64,000 nt of DNA from an uncultured Actinomycetes bacterium (GTDB taxonomy: Bacteria > Actinomycetota > Thermoleophilia > Gaiellales > Gaiellaceae). Below are positions 27,880 through 36,289 of this stretch, piece by piece (the stretch's first letter is position 1; every line of letters starts with the position of its first letter). A model generated the notes under the pieces. The model worked only from the letters and a program-made list of their open reading frames with translations. It searched no databases and was not told the origin of the DNA. Location of the stretch: NCBI GenBank assembly GCA_963802375.1, contig CAWDIJ010000005.1, forward strand, positions 280,787 through 344,786, given 5' to 3'. A program made the position numbers and the translations under genes.

Positions 27880-28797
27880 GTGCTCGGCCGGGTGCTGCTC
27901 GGGCACTACGTCCTGGCCGGCATCCTCGTCTCGCTCACCGCCTGTCTCGGCGCGTTCGTCCTGCTCGACCGGCTGGCTCTGCGGCGACTCGGCGACGCCG
28001 GCGCGCGGAGGACGGTGGTCTACCTGGCGGTCTTCCCGTTCGCGCTCTTCCTCGGTGCCGTCTACAGCGAGTCGCTCTTCCTCCTCATGGCCGTGGCGAG
28101 CTTCTTGCTCGCCGAGCGGGGGAGCTTTCTCGGCGCGGGAATCGCGGCCGGGCTCGCATGGCTGACGCGGCCGCTCGGCGTCGCACTGCTTCCCGCACTC
28201 GTCGTCCTGGCCTGGCGCTCTCGCGACAGGCGCGCTGCGCTCCTGCGGCTCTGCGCCGCACCGGCGCTGTTCGCGCTCTATCCGCTCTACCTCTGGTGGA
28301 AGCTCGGCGATCCCTTCGCCTTTCTCCACGCTGAAGAGACCTGGAGCCGCGAGCTCTCGCCGGCCGGCCCGCTCGGCGGGCTCTGGGACGGCCTGCGCGC
28401 GGGCTGGGCCGGAGTCAGGCAGCTCGCGTCGGGCTCCGATTCCACCCGCTACTGGAGCGCGGTGCAAGACGCCGATCCCGACCGGGTGGCGGCGATCAAC
28501 CTGGCACAGCTGGGCTTCCTCCTGCTCTTCGCGGTCCTCACGGTCGTCGCCTGGCGGAACTTCGGCGCGCCCTACGGCCTGTTCGCGGCGGTCAGCCTTG
28601 CGATCCCGCTGAGCGTGCCGTCGGAGCGCTGGCCGCTGCTCTCGATCCAGCGTTTCGGCCTCGTCGTCTTCCCGCTTTTCATGGCGCTCGCCGTGCTCGG
28701 TTCTCGCCCACGGGCGCACACCGGGGTGGTAGTCGTGAGCGCCGTGCTGCTCGGAGTCGTCTGCACCCAGTGGGCCCTCTGGCAGTGGGTCGCGTGA
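27880..28797 (+). CDS. GT-C mannosyltransferase-like membrane protein (PIG-V/Mannosyl_trans2-like)
   Basis: GTG 27880 is the first canonical start. The same frame is open from 27607 and encodes family-typical sequence (ILDVFLWSRAAIWSAVVLAYL...WDSVWFLRIAEDGY...AFYPLYPLL), so the real start is probably upstream and non-canonical. Confidence 0.65.
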   Translation: MLGRVLLGHYVLAGILVSLTACLGAFVLLDRLALRRLGDAGARRTVVYLAVFPFALFLGAVYSESLFLLMAVASFLLAERGSFLGAGIAAGLAWLTRPLGVALLPALVVLAWRSRDRRAALLRLCAAPALFALYPLYLWWKLGDPFAFLHAEETWSRELSPAGPLGGLWDGLRAGWAGVRQLASGSDSTRYWSAVQDADPDRVAAINLAQLGFLLLFAVLTVVAWRNFGAPYGLFAAVSLAIPLSVPSERWPLLSIQRFGLVVFPLFMALAVLGSRPRAHTGVVVVSAVLLGVVCTQWALWQWVA

Positions 28798-29486
28798 CCG
28801 AGCCCGCGCCTCCTCAGGAACGGCAGCCCGAGCTCGGGCGCAAGCTTCTCGCGTGGTGGGTGCTCGTCGGCACCCTCATCCTGATCGGCTTCCTCTCTGC
28901 GGCCGCCGCAGAGGACGACGCCGATCGCTCGGATGCCGTCTACCAGTACCAGTTCGGGATCGGCGGTCTCGTCGTCTACGCGGTGCTGATCGGAATCGTG
29001 TTCCTGATCGCGCGCGGGCTGGACTGGCGGGAGGCGTTTGCGTTCAAGCGGCCGACGTCATGGAAGCGCGCGGGCGGCCTGACTGTCGGGCTTCTCGTCG
29101 CGGTGTTCGTCGTGGGAGCGATCCTCGAGGCGATCTTCCACGCCGGCGAGGAACAGGGGCTCGACCCAGCCGGCTGGCAGCCGGATCGCGTCGGCGCGCT
29201 CATCCTCAGCTTCCTTGCAATCGCCATCGCGGCGCCGCTCGCCGAGGAGCTGACGTTCCGTGGCCTCGGCTACTACCTCCTGAGCCAGTTCGGGCACTGG
29301 GCGGCGATCGCGATCACCGGGATCACGTTCGCGCTCGCCCACGGCCTGATCGTCGGGATTCCGGTCTTCTTCGTGATCGGCGCCGGGCTCGCGTACCTGC
29401 GCTACCGCACCGACAGCCTCTATCCACCGATCCTCGTGCACATGGCCTTCAACGGCCTGCAGCTCGTGATCGGCGTGCTCGGCTAG
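28794..29486 (+). CDS. CPBP family intramembrane glutamic endopeptidase (CAAX protease-like)
   Basis: APLAEELTFRG (EExxxR), FALAHG, HMAFN motifs. GTG 28794 sits in a GTGA overlap with the upstream stop; GTG 28770 is an alternative. Confidence 0.8.
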   Translation: MTEPAPPQERQPELGRKLLAWWVLVGTLILIGFLSAAAAEDDADRSDAVYQYQFGIGGLVVYAVLIGIVFLIARGLDWREAFAFKRPTSWKRAGGLTVGLLVAVFVVGAILEAIFHAGEEQGLDPAGWQPDRVGALILSFLAIAIAAPLAEELTFRGLGYYLLSQFGHWAAIAITGITFALAHGLIVGIPVFFVIGAGLAYLRYRTDSLYPPILVHMAFNGLQLVIGVLG

Positions 29487-30664
29487 CTGTAGATCCCGAG
29501 CCCCGTAGCCGGATCGAAGAAGTGCATCCGGTCGGGCGTGACACGCAGTTGCGCGCGGTCGCCCTCACGGAAGCTCGCACCGCGACCGAGCCGTGCAACG
29601 AACACGGTGCCGTGCTCCTCGCGGACGTCCACGGCGTCGGCGCCGACGGCTGCCTTGATGTCCTCACCGTGCACGGGCGGGCCGCCGACGGCGAAGTGGA
29701 CGAAGACCTCCGACCCCATGTCCTCTCGGATGTCCACAGGTGCGGAGATGTGGCCGTCCGCCTCGTGGTCCGCGTAGGCGAAGTCCTCGGGGCGAATCCC
29801 GAGGACCAGCCGTTTACCCTCGAACCCGCGAAGCGCGGGCCGCGCTTGCACCAGCTCGTCAGCCACGACCAGCCGGTGCTCACCAAACCGCGCTTCGAGC
29901 CGACCGTTCTCCCGTACCAGGTCAGCGCCGACGAGATTCATCGCGGGCGAGCCGATGAACTCGGCGGCGAAGAGGTTCACGGGCTCGTCGTAGAGCTTCT
30001 GCGGCACGTCGTACTGCTGAAGCACCCCGTCCCGCATGACGGCGACGCGATCGCCGAGCGTCAAGGCTTCGGTCTGGTCATGCGTGACGTAGATCGTCGT
30101 GACAGCGAGATCGCGCTGGATCCTCGCGATCTCCGCCCGCATCTCCACCCGCAGCTTCGCGTCGAGGTTGGAGAGCGGCTCGTCCATCAGGAATGCCTGC
30201 GGCTCGCGGACGATCGCGCGGCCCATGGCAACGCGTTGGCGCTGGCCGCCGGAGAGCGTGCGCGGGCGCTTGCCGAGGACTTCACGGAGGCCGAGAACCT
30301 CGGCCGCTCGCTTGACCCGGCGGTCGATCTCGCCCTTGTCGATCTTCCGTAGCTTGAGCCCGAACGCCATGTTCTTGTAGGCCGACATGTGCGGGTACAG
30401 CGCGTAGTTCTGGAACACCATCGCGACGTCGCGGTTCTTCGGGGGCAGGTTGTTGACGACCCGGCCGCCGATCCGAACCTCGCCCGCGGTGACCGGCTCC
30501 AGCCCGGCGACCATGCGCAGGGCCGTGGTCTTCCCGCACCCGGACGGGCCGACGAGCACGGTGAACTCCCCGTCGGCGATCGTCAGGTCGAGCTCCTTCA
30601 CGGCCTTCGTGCCGTCGGGATAGACCTTCGTCAGCTGTTCGAGTTCGATCTCAGCTATCGCCAA
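29483..30664 (-). CDS. sugar ABC transporter ATP-binding protein (MalK/UgpC/MsiK-like)
   Basis: GPSGCGKTT, LSGGQRQRVAMGRA, FLMDEPLSNLD, plus a C-terminal TOBE-like regulatory domain. Confidence 0.9.
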   Translation of the reverse strand: MAIAEIELEQLTKVYPDGTKAVKELDLTIADGEFTVLVGPSGCGKTTALRMVAGLEPVTAGEVRIGGRVVNNLPPKNRDVAMVFQNYALYPHMSAYKNMAFGLKLRKIDKGEIDRRVKRAAEVLGLREVLGKRPRTLSGGQRQRVAMGRAIVREPQAFLMDEPLSNLDAKLRVEMRAEIARIQRDLAVTTIYVTHDQTEALTLGDRVAVMRDGVLQQYDVPQKLYDEPVNLFAAEFIGSPAMNLVGADLVRENGRLEARFGEHRLVVADELVQARPALRGFEGKRLVLGIRPEDFAYADHEADGHISAPVDIREDMGSEVFVHFAVGGPPVHGEDIKAAVGADAVDVREEHGTVFVARLGRGASFREGDRAQLRVTPDRMHFFDPATGLGIYS

Positions 30665-30736
30665 TCACCGCCGTGGGAACAGCTGGGAAAGATACTCCCG
30701 TCACGACGTTCGTTCACCGTTTACGATCGGGGCGAC

Positions 30737-31750
30737 GTGGCGACCGTCGCGGCCGGCTCACACCGTCGGCGCTGGCAGGACATTTTCGAGGAGCGCCGCT
30801 TCCTCGGCCCGCTCCTGATCGCTCCTGCAGTGCTCTTCATCGTCCTGCTGGTCGGCGCTCCGCTCATTCTCGCGGTCTATCTCAGCCTCACAGACGCCAC
30901 TGCAGGCTCGCTGACGGGCGAGTTCGTCGGCTTCCAGAACTACACGGAAGCCTGGCAGAGCGAGAACTTCCGCCGAGCACTGCGCAACACGGTGATCTTC
31001 ACGCTCGTCTCGCAGGCGATCGTCCTCGTCGGCGCCGGCGTGTTGGCGCACGCGCTCGTTCGCGACTTCCCGGGGAAGTGGTTCCTCCGCTTTCTCGTCG
31101 TGCTCCCCTGGGCCACGCCTGTGGCACTGAGCACCGTCGGCTTCCTCTGGATCCTCCACCCGCTCTACAGCGTCGTGAACTGGACGCTCACCCACGACGT
31201 CGTCCCTGGAAGTCCCGCCTTCTTTCCCTATAAGGCGTTCAACTGGGCCTTCGCTCGTGACTTCTGGCCGGGATGGATTCAGATCTCGCCAATCGAGCCG
31301 ATCGACCCGCCGCAGTGGCTCGGCGAGCCCAACCTCGCGATGGCGGCGATCATCTTCGCCCACGCCTGGCGGATCCTCCCCTTCGCCACGGTGATCTTCA
31401 TCGCAGGCCTCGCCTCGATGCCTCCGGAGATCGACGACGCCGCCAAAGTCGACGGCGCTACCGGGCTGAAGAAGTTCTGGTACGTCACGCTCCCGCTGCA
31501 GCTCCCCATCGCGCTCGTCGCCCTGCTCTTCGGGATCGTCTTCACGGCGACCGACATGACGGTCGTCTACATCCTCACCCATGGCGGGCCGTTCAACAGC
31601 ACGCACATGCTGACGACCTTGGCATTCGACACCGGGATCAACAGCGCGGCGCTCGGGCAGGGCGCCGCCATCTCGCTCTACCTGCTGCCCGCGCTCGCGC
31701 TCGTCGCGATCCTGATGCTCGGCTTCGCTCGACGAGTGGAGGTGACCTAG
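30737..31750 (+). CDS. carbohydrate ABC transporter permease (MalF/UgpA-like)
   Basis: Six TM segments and the EAA loop IDDAAKVDGATGLKKFWYVTLP. GTG 30737. Confidence 0.85.
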   Translation: MATVAAGSHRRRWQDIFEERRFLGPLLIAPAVLFIVLLVGAPLILAVYLSLTDATAGSLTGEFVGFQNYTEAWQSENFRRALRNTVIFTLVSQAIVLVGAGVLAHALVRDFPGKWFLRFLVVLPWATPVALSTVGFLWILHPLYSVVNWTLTHDVVPGSPAFFPYKAFNWAFARDFWPGWIQISPIEPIDPPQWLGEPNLAMAAIIFAHAWRILPFATVIFIAGLASMPPEIDDAAKVDGATGLKKFWYVTLPLQLPIALVALLFGIVFTATDMTVVYILTHGGPFNSTHMLTTLAFDTGINSAALGQGAAISLYLLPALALVAILMLGFARRVEVT

Positions 31751-32586
31751 TGGCGACGCGGCGCGAGAACGTGCTCCCCTGGCTGATCGTCGGGCCCTTC
31801 GCGATCGTTCTCGCCTTCCCGTTCTACTGGATGCTCATGACCGCGCTGCGCGCCGACAACGACCTCTACGACATCGAGCAGGTCCCGTTCAAATTCAACG
31901 CCGACTCGCCGACGCTGGACAACTTCAGATTCCTCTTCGAGCAGACCGACTATCGCGAGTGGCTCCAGAACACCGCGATCATCGGCGGCGCCGTCGTCGT
32001 CATCACGCTCGTCCTGGCGCTCCCCGCGGGGTATGCCCTGGCCCGGCTCTCCGGCGGCTGGGGTCAGACGATCGGGGTTGGAATCTTCCTGACATACCTC
32101 GTGCCCCCGACCCTCCTGTTCCTGCCCCTCTCGCGGGTGATTGCCGAGCTGAATCTTCACGACCGGCTGTGGTCGCTCATCCTGGTGTACCCCTCGTTCA
32201 CCGTCCCCTTCTCGATCTGGCTCCTCATGGGGTTCTTCAAGACCATCCCGCACGAGCTGGAGGACGCGGCCCTCGTCGACGGCGCTTCCCGGCTCACGGC
32301 ACTCGTCCGCGTGGTGTTCCCGCTCTCCCTGCCCGGGATCCTCACCGTTGTCATCTTCTCGTTCTCGCTCGTCGTCAACGAGTTCGTCTACGCGATCACG
32401 TTCATCTCGAGCACCGAGCAGAAAACGCTCTCCGCCGGCGTGCCCACGGAGCTCATCCGCGGCGACGTCTTCTACTGGGGCGCCCTCATGGCCGCCACGC
32501 TGATCCCGGCCATCCCGCTCGCGCTGCTCTACAACGTGTTCCTCAACCGCTTCATCGCCGGCTTCACCGGCGGCGCATTCCGTTGA
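31750..32586 (+). CDS. carbohydrate ABC transporter permease (MalG/UgpE-like)
   Basis: EAA loop LEDAALVDGASRLTALVRVVFP. GTG 31750 overlaps the upstream TAG by 1 nt. Confidence 0.85.
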   Translation: MATRRENVLPWLIVGPFAIVLAFPFYWMLMTALRADNDLYDIEQVPFKFNADSPTLDNFRFLFEQTDYREWLQNTAIIGGAVVVITLVLALPAGYALARLSGGWGQTIGVGIFLTYLVPPTLLFLPLSRVIAELNLHDRLWSLILVYPSFTVPFSIWLLMGFFKTIPHELEDAALVDGASRLTALVRVVFPLSLPGILTVVIFSFSLVVNEFVYAITFISSTEQKTLSAGVPTELIRGDVFYWGALMAATLIPAIPLALLYNVFLNRFIAGFTGGAFR

Positions 32587-32660
32587 GCCAGAGAAAGGAG
32601 AACGACCGGACAGAAACCCCAGGAGGCCCTCGGCAGAGAACGGAAGGAGAGGTGATCTGA

Positions 32661-34058
32661 GTGAAAGACCGGCGAGAGCGCGTCGACATCACAAGGGTCG
32701 ACGACGAGCTCACGCGACGCGAGCTCCTGCGGAAAGCCGCGCTCGGAACCGTCGTCCTCGTCTACGGGTCGGCGGGGGCGAAGACGGCAGTCGCGGGCGT
32801 GCCGCGATTCCGGCACAAGGAGCTCGCCGGAACGCTCCGCATCATCCAGTGGAGCCACTTCGTGCCCGCCTACGACCGCTGGTTCGACGACGTCTATGTC
32901 AAGCGCTGGGGCCAGGCGAACGACACGGAGGTCCGCGTCGACCACGTGAACCTGGCGGAGTTGCCGGCGCGGGCGGCCTCAGAGGTGGCTGCCCAGAGCG
33001 GCCACGACCTGTTCCAGTTCCTCTCACCCCCGGCGGCGTACGAGGACCGCGTGATCGCGGTCAACGACCTCGTCCAGCAGGTCGAGCGAAAGGTCGGGAA
33101 GATCGGCCGCGTCGGGCGGAAGAGCACCTACAACCCGCGAACGAAGAAGTACTTCGGCTTCGCGGACAACTACGTCCCGGATCCCGTCCACTACCGCGCC
33201 GACCTCTGGGGAGAGGTCGGGCTCAGGCCGACGACGTGGGAGAACATTCGCCGGGCCGCTCCAAGGCTGAAGGCGATGGGCAACCCGGTCGGGATCGGCA
33301 TGTCCCAGGAGCTCGACTCGAACATGGCGCTCATCGCCCTGTTGCAGTGCTTCGGGGCGTACATCCAGAACGCCGATGCCCGCATCACGATCAAGAGCAA
33401 GGGCACGCGCGACGCACTCAACTTCATGCGTGACCTCTTTCGGCGCGGCATGACGAACGAGGTGTTCGCGTGGACGGCTGCGTCCAACAACGATGCGTTC
33501 CTCGCAGGCCGGCTGTCGCTGGCGATGAACGCCATCTCGATCGCCCGGAGCGCGGAGCAGCGGAACCTGCGCTTCAACAGGGACATCCGAATCCTGCCCA
33601 TCCCCGACGGTCCCGGCCCGCGCATGGGCCTGGAGCACGTGATGGGCGTCTACGTGATCTGGAAGTTCGCGCAGAACAAGCAAGCCGCGAGGAAGTTCCT
33701 GGTCGACATGGGCACCCAGTACACCGGGCACTTCCTGAACAGCTACTTCTACAACTTCCCGGCCTTTCCCGGCTCGGTGAAGAACATCCCCGCCCGACTG
33801 CGCAGGAACACGAGCTATCCGAACGAGGTACCCGGGCGGTATCCCATCCTCGAGCGCATCTCGAAGAACTGGACGACGAACGTCGGTCACCCCGGCTACT
33901 CGAACGCGGCGATCGACGAGGTCTTCAACAAGTTCATCATCCCGCAGATGTTCGCCCGGGTTGCCCGCGGCGACATGTCCGCGGATGAGGCGATGCGTGC
34001 AGCGCATCGAGAGATGACGCCGATCTTCAAGAAGTGGCGGGACCGCAAGAAGATCTAG
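32661..34058 (+). CDS. ABC transporter substrate-binding protein (family 1) with twin-arginine signal
   Basis: TRRELLRKAALGTVVLVYGSAGA signal peptide. 465 aa. GTG preceded by GGAAGGAGAGG. Confidence 0.85.
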   Translation: MKDRRERVDITRVDDELTRRELLRKAALGTVVLVYGSAGAKTAVAGVPRFRHKELAGTLRIIQWSHFVPAYDRWFDDVYVKRWGQANDTEVRVDHVNLAELPARAASEVAAQSGHDLFQFLSPPAAYEDRVIAVNDLVQQVERKVGKIGRVGRKSTYNPRTKKYFGFADNYVPDPVHYRADLWGEVGLRPTTWENIRRAAPRLKAMGNPVGIGMSQELDSNMALIALLQCFGAYIQNADARITIKSKGTRDALNFMRDLFRRGMTNEVFAWTAASNNDAFLAGRLSLAMNAISIARSAEQRNLRFNRDIRILPIPDGPGPRMGLEHVMGVYVIWKFAQNKQAARKFLVDMGTQYTGHFLNSYFYNFPAFPGSVKNIPARLRRNTSYPNEVPGRYPILERISKNWTTNVGHPGYSNAAIDEVFNKFIIPQMFARVARGDMSADEAMRAAHREMTPIFKKWRDRKKI

Positions 34059-34083
34059 CGGGCCGCATGGATCGGAGAGCGCA

Positions 34084-34105
34084 GGGCCGCCGAAAGGCGG
34101 CTCTG
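34084..34105. terminator. GC-rich hairpin with GAAA loop between convergent genes
   Basis: AGGGCCGCC-GAAA-GGCGGCTCT between the SBP stop (34058) and the convergent stop at 34128. No clear U-tract on either strand. Confidence 0.35.
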
Positions 34106-34127
34106 TGTCTAGGAGGCCAAACGCTCC

Positions 34128-34625
34128 CTAGTTCTCTTCTTCGCCGACGGCGAACTGGTCGGGGGAGACGTCGTCGAGAAACTTCTTGAACTCGTCGACG
34201 ATCTCCTCCTCGTTCACGTCCTCCCCCTCGAACTCGATCGCCGACTCCTCGATCACTCGCTCGGCGGCGAAGATCGGCGCGTCGGAGCGGACGGCGATCG
34301 CGATCGCGTCGGACGGACGCGAGTCGATCTCGATCTCGGAGCCGTTCTGCTGCACGGTGATGCTCGCGTAGAAGGTGTTCTCTCTGAGCTCTGTGACCGT
34401 GATGCGAATGACCTCGCAATCCAGCTGGTCGAGGACGTCTGCGAGCAGGTCGTGGGTCATCGGCCGCGGCGTGGAGGCGCCTTGGAGCTTCATCAGGATG
34501 GCGGCCGCCTCGGGGTGGCCGATCCAGATCGGCAGGAACCTGTTTCCGTCGGCCGTCTTCAGCAACACGATCGGCTGCTTGCCGACCAGGTCGAAGCTGA
34601 CGCCGTAGATGACCATCTCGTGCAT
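34128..34625 (-). CDS. bifunctional nuclease (BFN/DUF151) domain protein
   Basis: MHEMVIYGVSFDLVGKQPIVLLK...LPIWIG..EA.AI...RPMTHDL...SRPSDAIAIA motifs, with an acidic C-terminus. Confidence 0.8.
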   Translation of the reverse strand: MHEMVIYGVSFDLVGKQPIVLLKTADGNRFLPIWIGHPEAAAILMKLQGASTPRPMTHDLLADVLDQLDCEVIRITVTELRENTFYASITVQQNGSEIEIDSRPSDAIAIAVRSDAPIFAAERVIEESAIEFEGEDVNEEEIVDEFKKFLDDVSPDQFAVGEEEN

Positions 34626-34699
34626 GGGCGACCTGCTTCTGATGATAGCCCTGGGCTCCTCCGTCAAACCGTAGGGGTGCGCTACCATCGTCCGTCCCC

Positions 34700-34773
34700 G
34701 GGCGATTAGCTCAGTTGGTTAGAGCGCCGCTCTGATAAGGCGGAGGTCCGTGGTTCGAATCCACGATCGCCCA
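34700..34773 (+). tRNA. tRNA-Ile (anticodon GAT)
   Basis: GGGCGATTAGCTCAGTTGGTTAGAGCGCCGCTCTGATAAGGCGGAGGTCCGTGGTTCGAATCCACGATCGCCCA forms a cloverleaf with anticodon loop CT-GAT-AA. CCA is not encoded. Confidence 0.9.
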
Positions 34774-34786
34774 TCACGGAGTGATG

Positions 34787-34981
34787 CCCGCGAAGCGGGC
34801 CGTGGAAGGGGTCTGGGGAAACCGGGAGGTTGCCCCAGCGGGCGCCGAGCCCCCGCGAAGCGGGCCGTGGAAGGGGTCTGGGGAAACCGGGAGGTTGCCC
34901 CAGCGGGCGCCGAGCCCCCGCGAAGCGGGCCGTGGAAGGGGTCTGGGGAAACCGGGAGGTGTCCCCAGCGGGTGCCGGGGC
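34787..34981. repeat. tandem repeat, 3 copies of a 65-bp unit
   Basis: Units start at 34787, 34852 and 34917. Copies 1 and 2 are identical, and copy 3 has five substitutions near its 3' end. Confidence 0.95.
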
Positions 34982-34983
34982 TC

Positions 34984-35235
34984 TCAGTGAACGGCCGCGG
35001 TCTGACGGAGATAGTCCGCAACCGCAAGCAAGAAGGCCGTGTCGCCGGCGAGCTCTGCAACCGAGCCCTTGGTCTGCTCGTCCAGCTCGTCGTCCCTCTC
35101 CAGCTCGGTGAGGAACGGCTCGAGCCGCCCCTCCTGCGAAAGAGTGGCCATGCGGAGGAAGAGCGCGCGGGCGTCCTCGTCCTGCGAAATCGCCTCGAGC
35201 CACTCGATGTCCTGCTGCCAGAGTCCGAGCATCAA
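34984..35235 (-). CDS. hypothetical small acidic protein (83 aa)
   Basis: Clean ORF with GC-rich third positions (MMLGLWQQDIEWLEAISQDEDARALFL...). No family recognised. TTG 35235 or ATG 35232. Confidence 0.5.
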   Translation of the reverse strand: MMLGLWQQDIEWLEAISQDEDARALFLRMATLSQEGRLEPFLTELERDDELDEQTKGSVAELAGDTAFLLAVADYLRQTAAVH

Positions 35236-35273
35236 GGGGTCAACGAACGTCCCCGTGCTCTGGTTACGGCCCG

Positions 35274-35316
35274 GAGGGTTGGTGGGAAATTCGGCCGCAG
35301 TCGGGGGCTCCAGACC
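35274..35316 (+). repeat. copy X of the dispersed intergenic element
   Basis: GAGGGTTGGTGGGAAATTCGGCCGCAGTCGGGGGCTCCAGACC. Its reverse complement matches copy Y at 55083-55129 almost base for base. Confidence 0.8.
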
Positions 35317-35391
35317 AAGCCGGGCAGTGCGGTCGTTCGTGGCGCGTAGCAGCGCTACGTGTCGCGGGCGAACGCGCTGATCCGGCGCCGT

Positions 35392-35437
35392 GTCTGGGGC
35401 GTCATCCGGCCCGGCGGAATTTCACATCAGGCCTCTA
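35392..35437 (-). repeat. copy Z of the dispersed intergenic element (diverged), starting at the parB stop codon
   Basis: Plus-strand text GTCTGGGGCGTCATCCGGCCCGGCGGAATTTCACATCAGGCCTCTA. The final CTA is the parB TAG. Inverted relative to copy X. Confidence 0.6.
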
Positions 35438-36289
35438 GTTCGCGGCCGCGGTTTCCAGGACTTCCACGAGCTCGGCGAGCTGCACCTCGTCGGCGAACGC
35501 GATCTCGAGCCGGCCGTTTCGAATCCGGACAGAGCGGCCGGTGAGGCGCTCACCCGCCGTCCTCGCCCGATCCGCGAGGACGGGGTCGACGGGCGTGCGC
35601 GCCGACTTTCGCGGCTTGCGGCGAGCCCCCGACCAGCGGGCGGCGCGTTCGGCTTCCCTAACGGAGAGCCCGCGGCGGACGATCTCGCGGGCCAGGCGAC
35701 GGCGGTCCTCGTGATCCGGAACGGCGAGCACGGCGCGGGCGTGGCCCTCACTGAGCTCACCCCGCTCGAGCATTGCAAGGACGTCCTCGGGAAGGTCGAG
35801 CAGGCGCATGCGGTTCGAGACAGACGGCTTCGAACGCCCGACCTGGTCGGCGATCTCGCCGAGGCCCAGCTCGAACTCGTCCACGAGCAGCGCGTAGGCG
35901 CGGGCTTCCTCGACGGGGGAGAGCTGCTCGCGCGCGACGTTCTCGACAAGCCCGAGCAGCAGCGCTTCCCGGTCGCCGCTCTCACGAACAACCGCCGGAA
36001 TCGTCTCGAGGCCCGCTTCCCGCGCGGCGCGCCACCGCCGCTCGCCGGCAATCAACTCGTAGCCTCCCTCGCGCCGGGAACGGACGACGACTGGCTGGAC
36101 GAGGCCCTGGGCGCGGATCGAGTCCGCGAGCCCGGCGGTCGTCTCGTGGTCGAACCGCCTCCGCGGCTGGCGCGGGTTTGCGTGGACGAGGCCGATCGGA
36201 AGGTGGGCGAGCTCGGTGGTCGGCTGACCGCCGATCAGCACCTCGAGCCCGCGGCCGAGGCCTCTACGCGGGCTAGGCGCGCTCGACAA
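35435..36289 (-). CDS. parB: chromosome partitioning protein ParB/Spo0J
   Basis: RGLGRGLEVLI, ANPRQPRRRF, GLVQPVVVR, ELIAGERRWRAA motifs. TTG start overlaps the parA 3' end by 17 nt. Confidence 0.9.
   Translation of the reverse strand: MSSAPSPRRGLGRGLEVLIGGQPTTELAHLPIGLVHANPRQPRRRFDHETTAGLADSIRAQGLVQPVVVRSRREGGYELIAGERRWRAAREAGLETIPAVVRESGDREALLLGLVENVAREQLSPVEEARAYALLVDEFELGLGEIADQVGRSKPSVSNRMRLLDLPEDVLAMLERGELSEGHARAVLAVPDHEDRRRLAREIVRRGLSVREAERAARWSGARRKPRKSARTPVDPVLADRARTAGERLTGRSVRIRNGRLEIAFADEVQLAELVEVLETAAAN

Noticed and set aside
27901-27908. Additional GGGCACTA 8-mer inside the mannosyltransferase-like gene.
   Set aside because: It is a single arm with no inverted partner nearby and lies in coding sequence (GHY codons). 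It is consistent with a chance occurrence and is used only as background for the bracketed spacers.
34787-34981. Possible CRISPR array.
   Set aside because: Whole 65-bp units are repeated head-to-tail with no unique spacers, and no cas genes are present.
34706-35349. ORFs crossing the 65-bp repeat array (34706..35203 -, 34719..35060 -, 34750..35349 +, 34781..34990 +, 34830..35111 +).
   Set aside because: They overlap the tRNA-Ile gene. They owe their length to the repeat, whose period of 65 is not a multiple of 3, so each copy is read in a different frame, and they encode low-complexity sequence.
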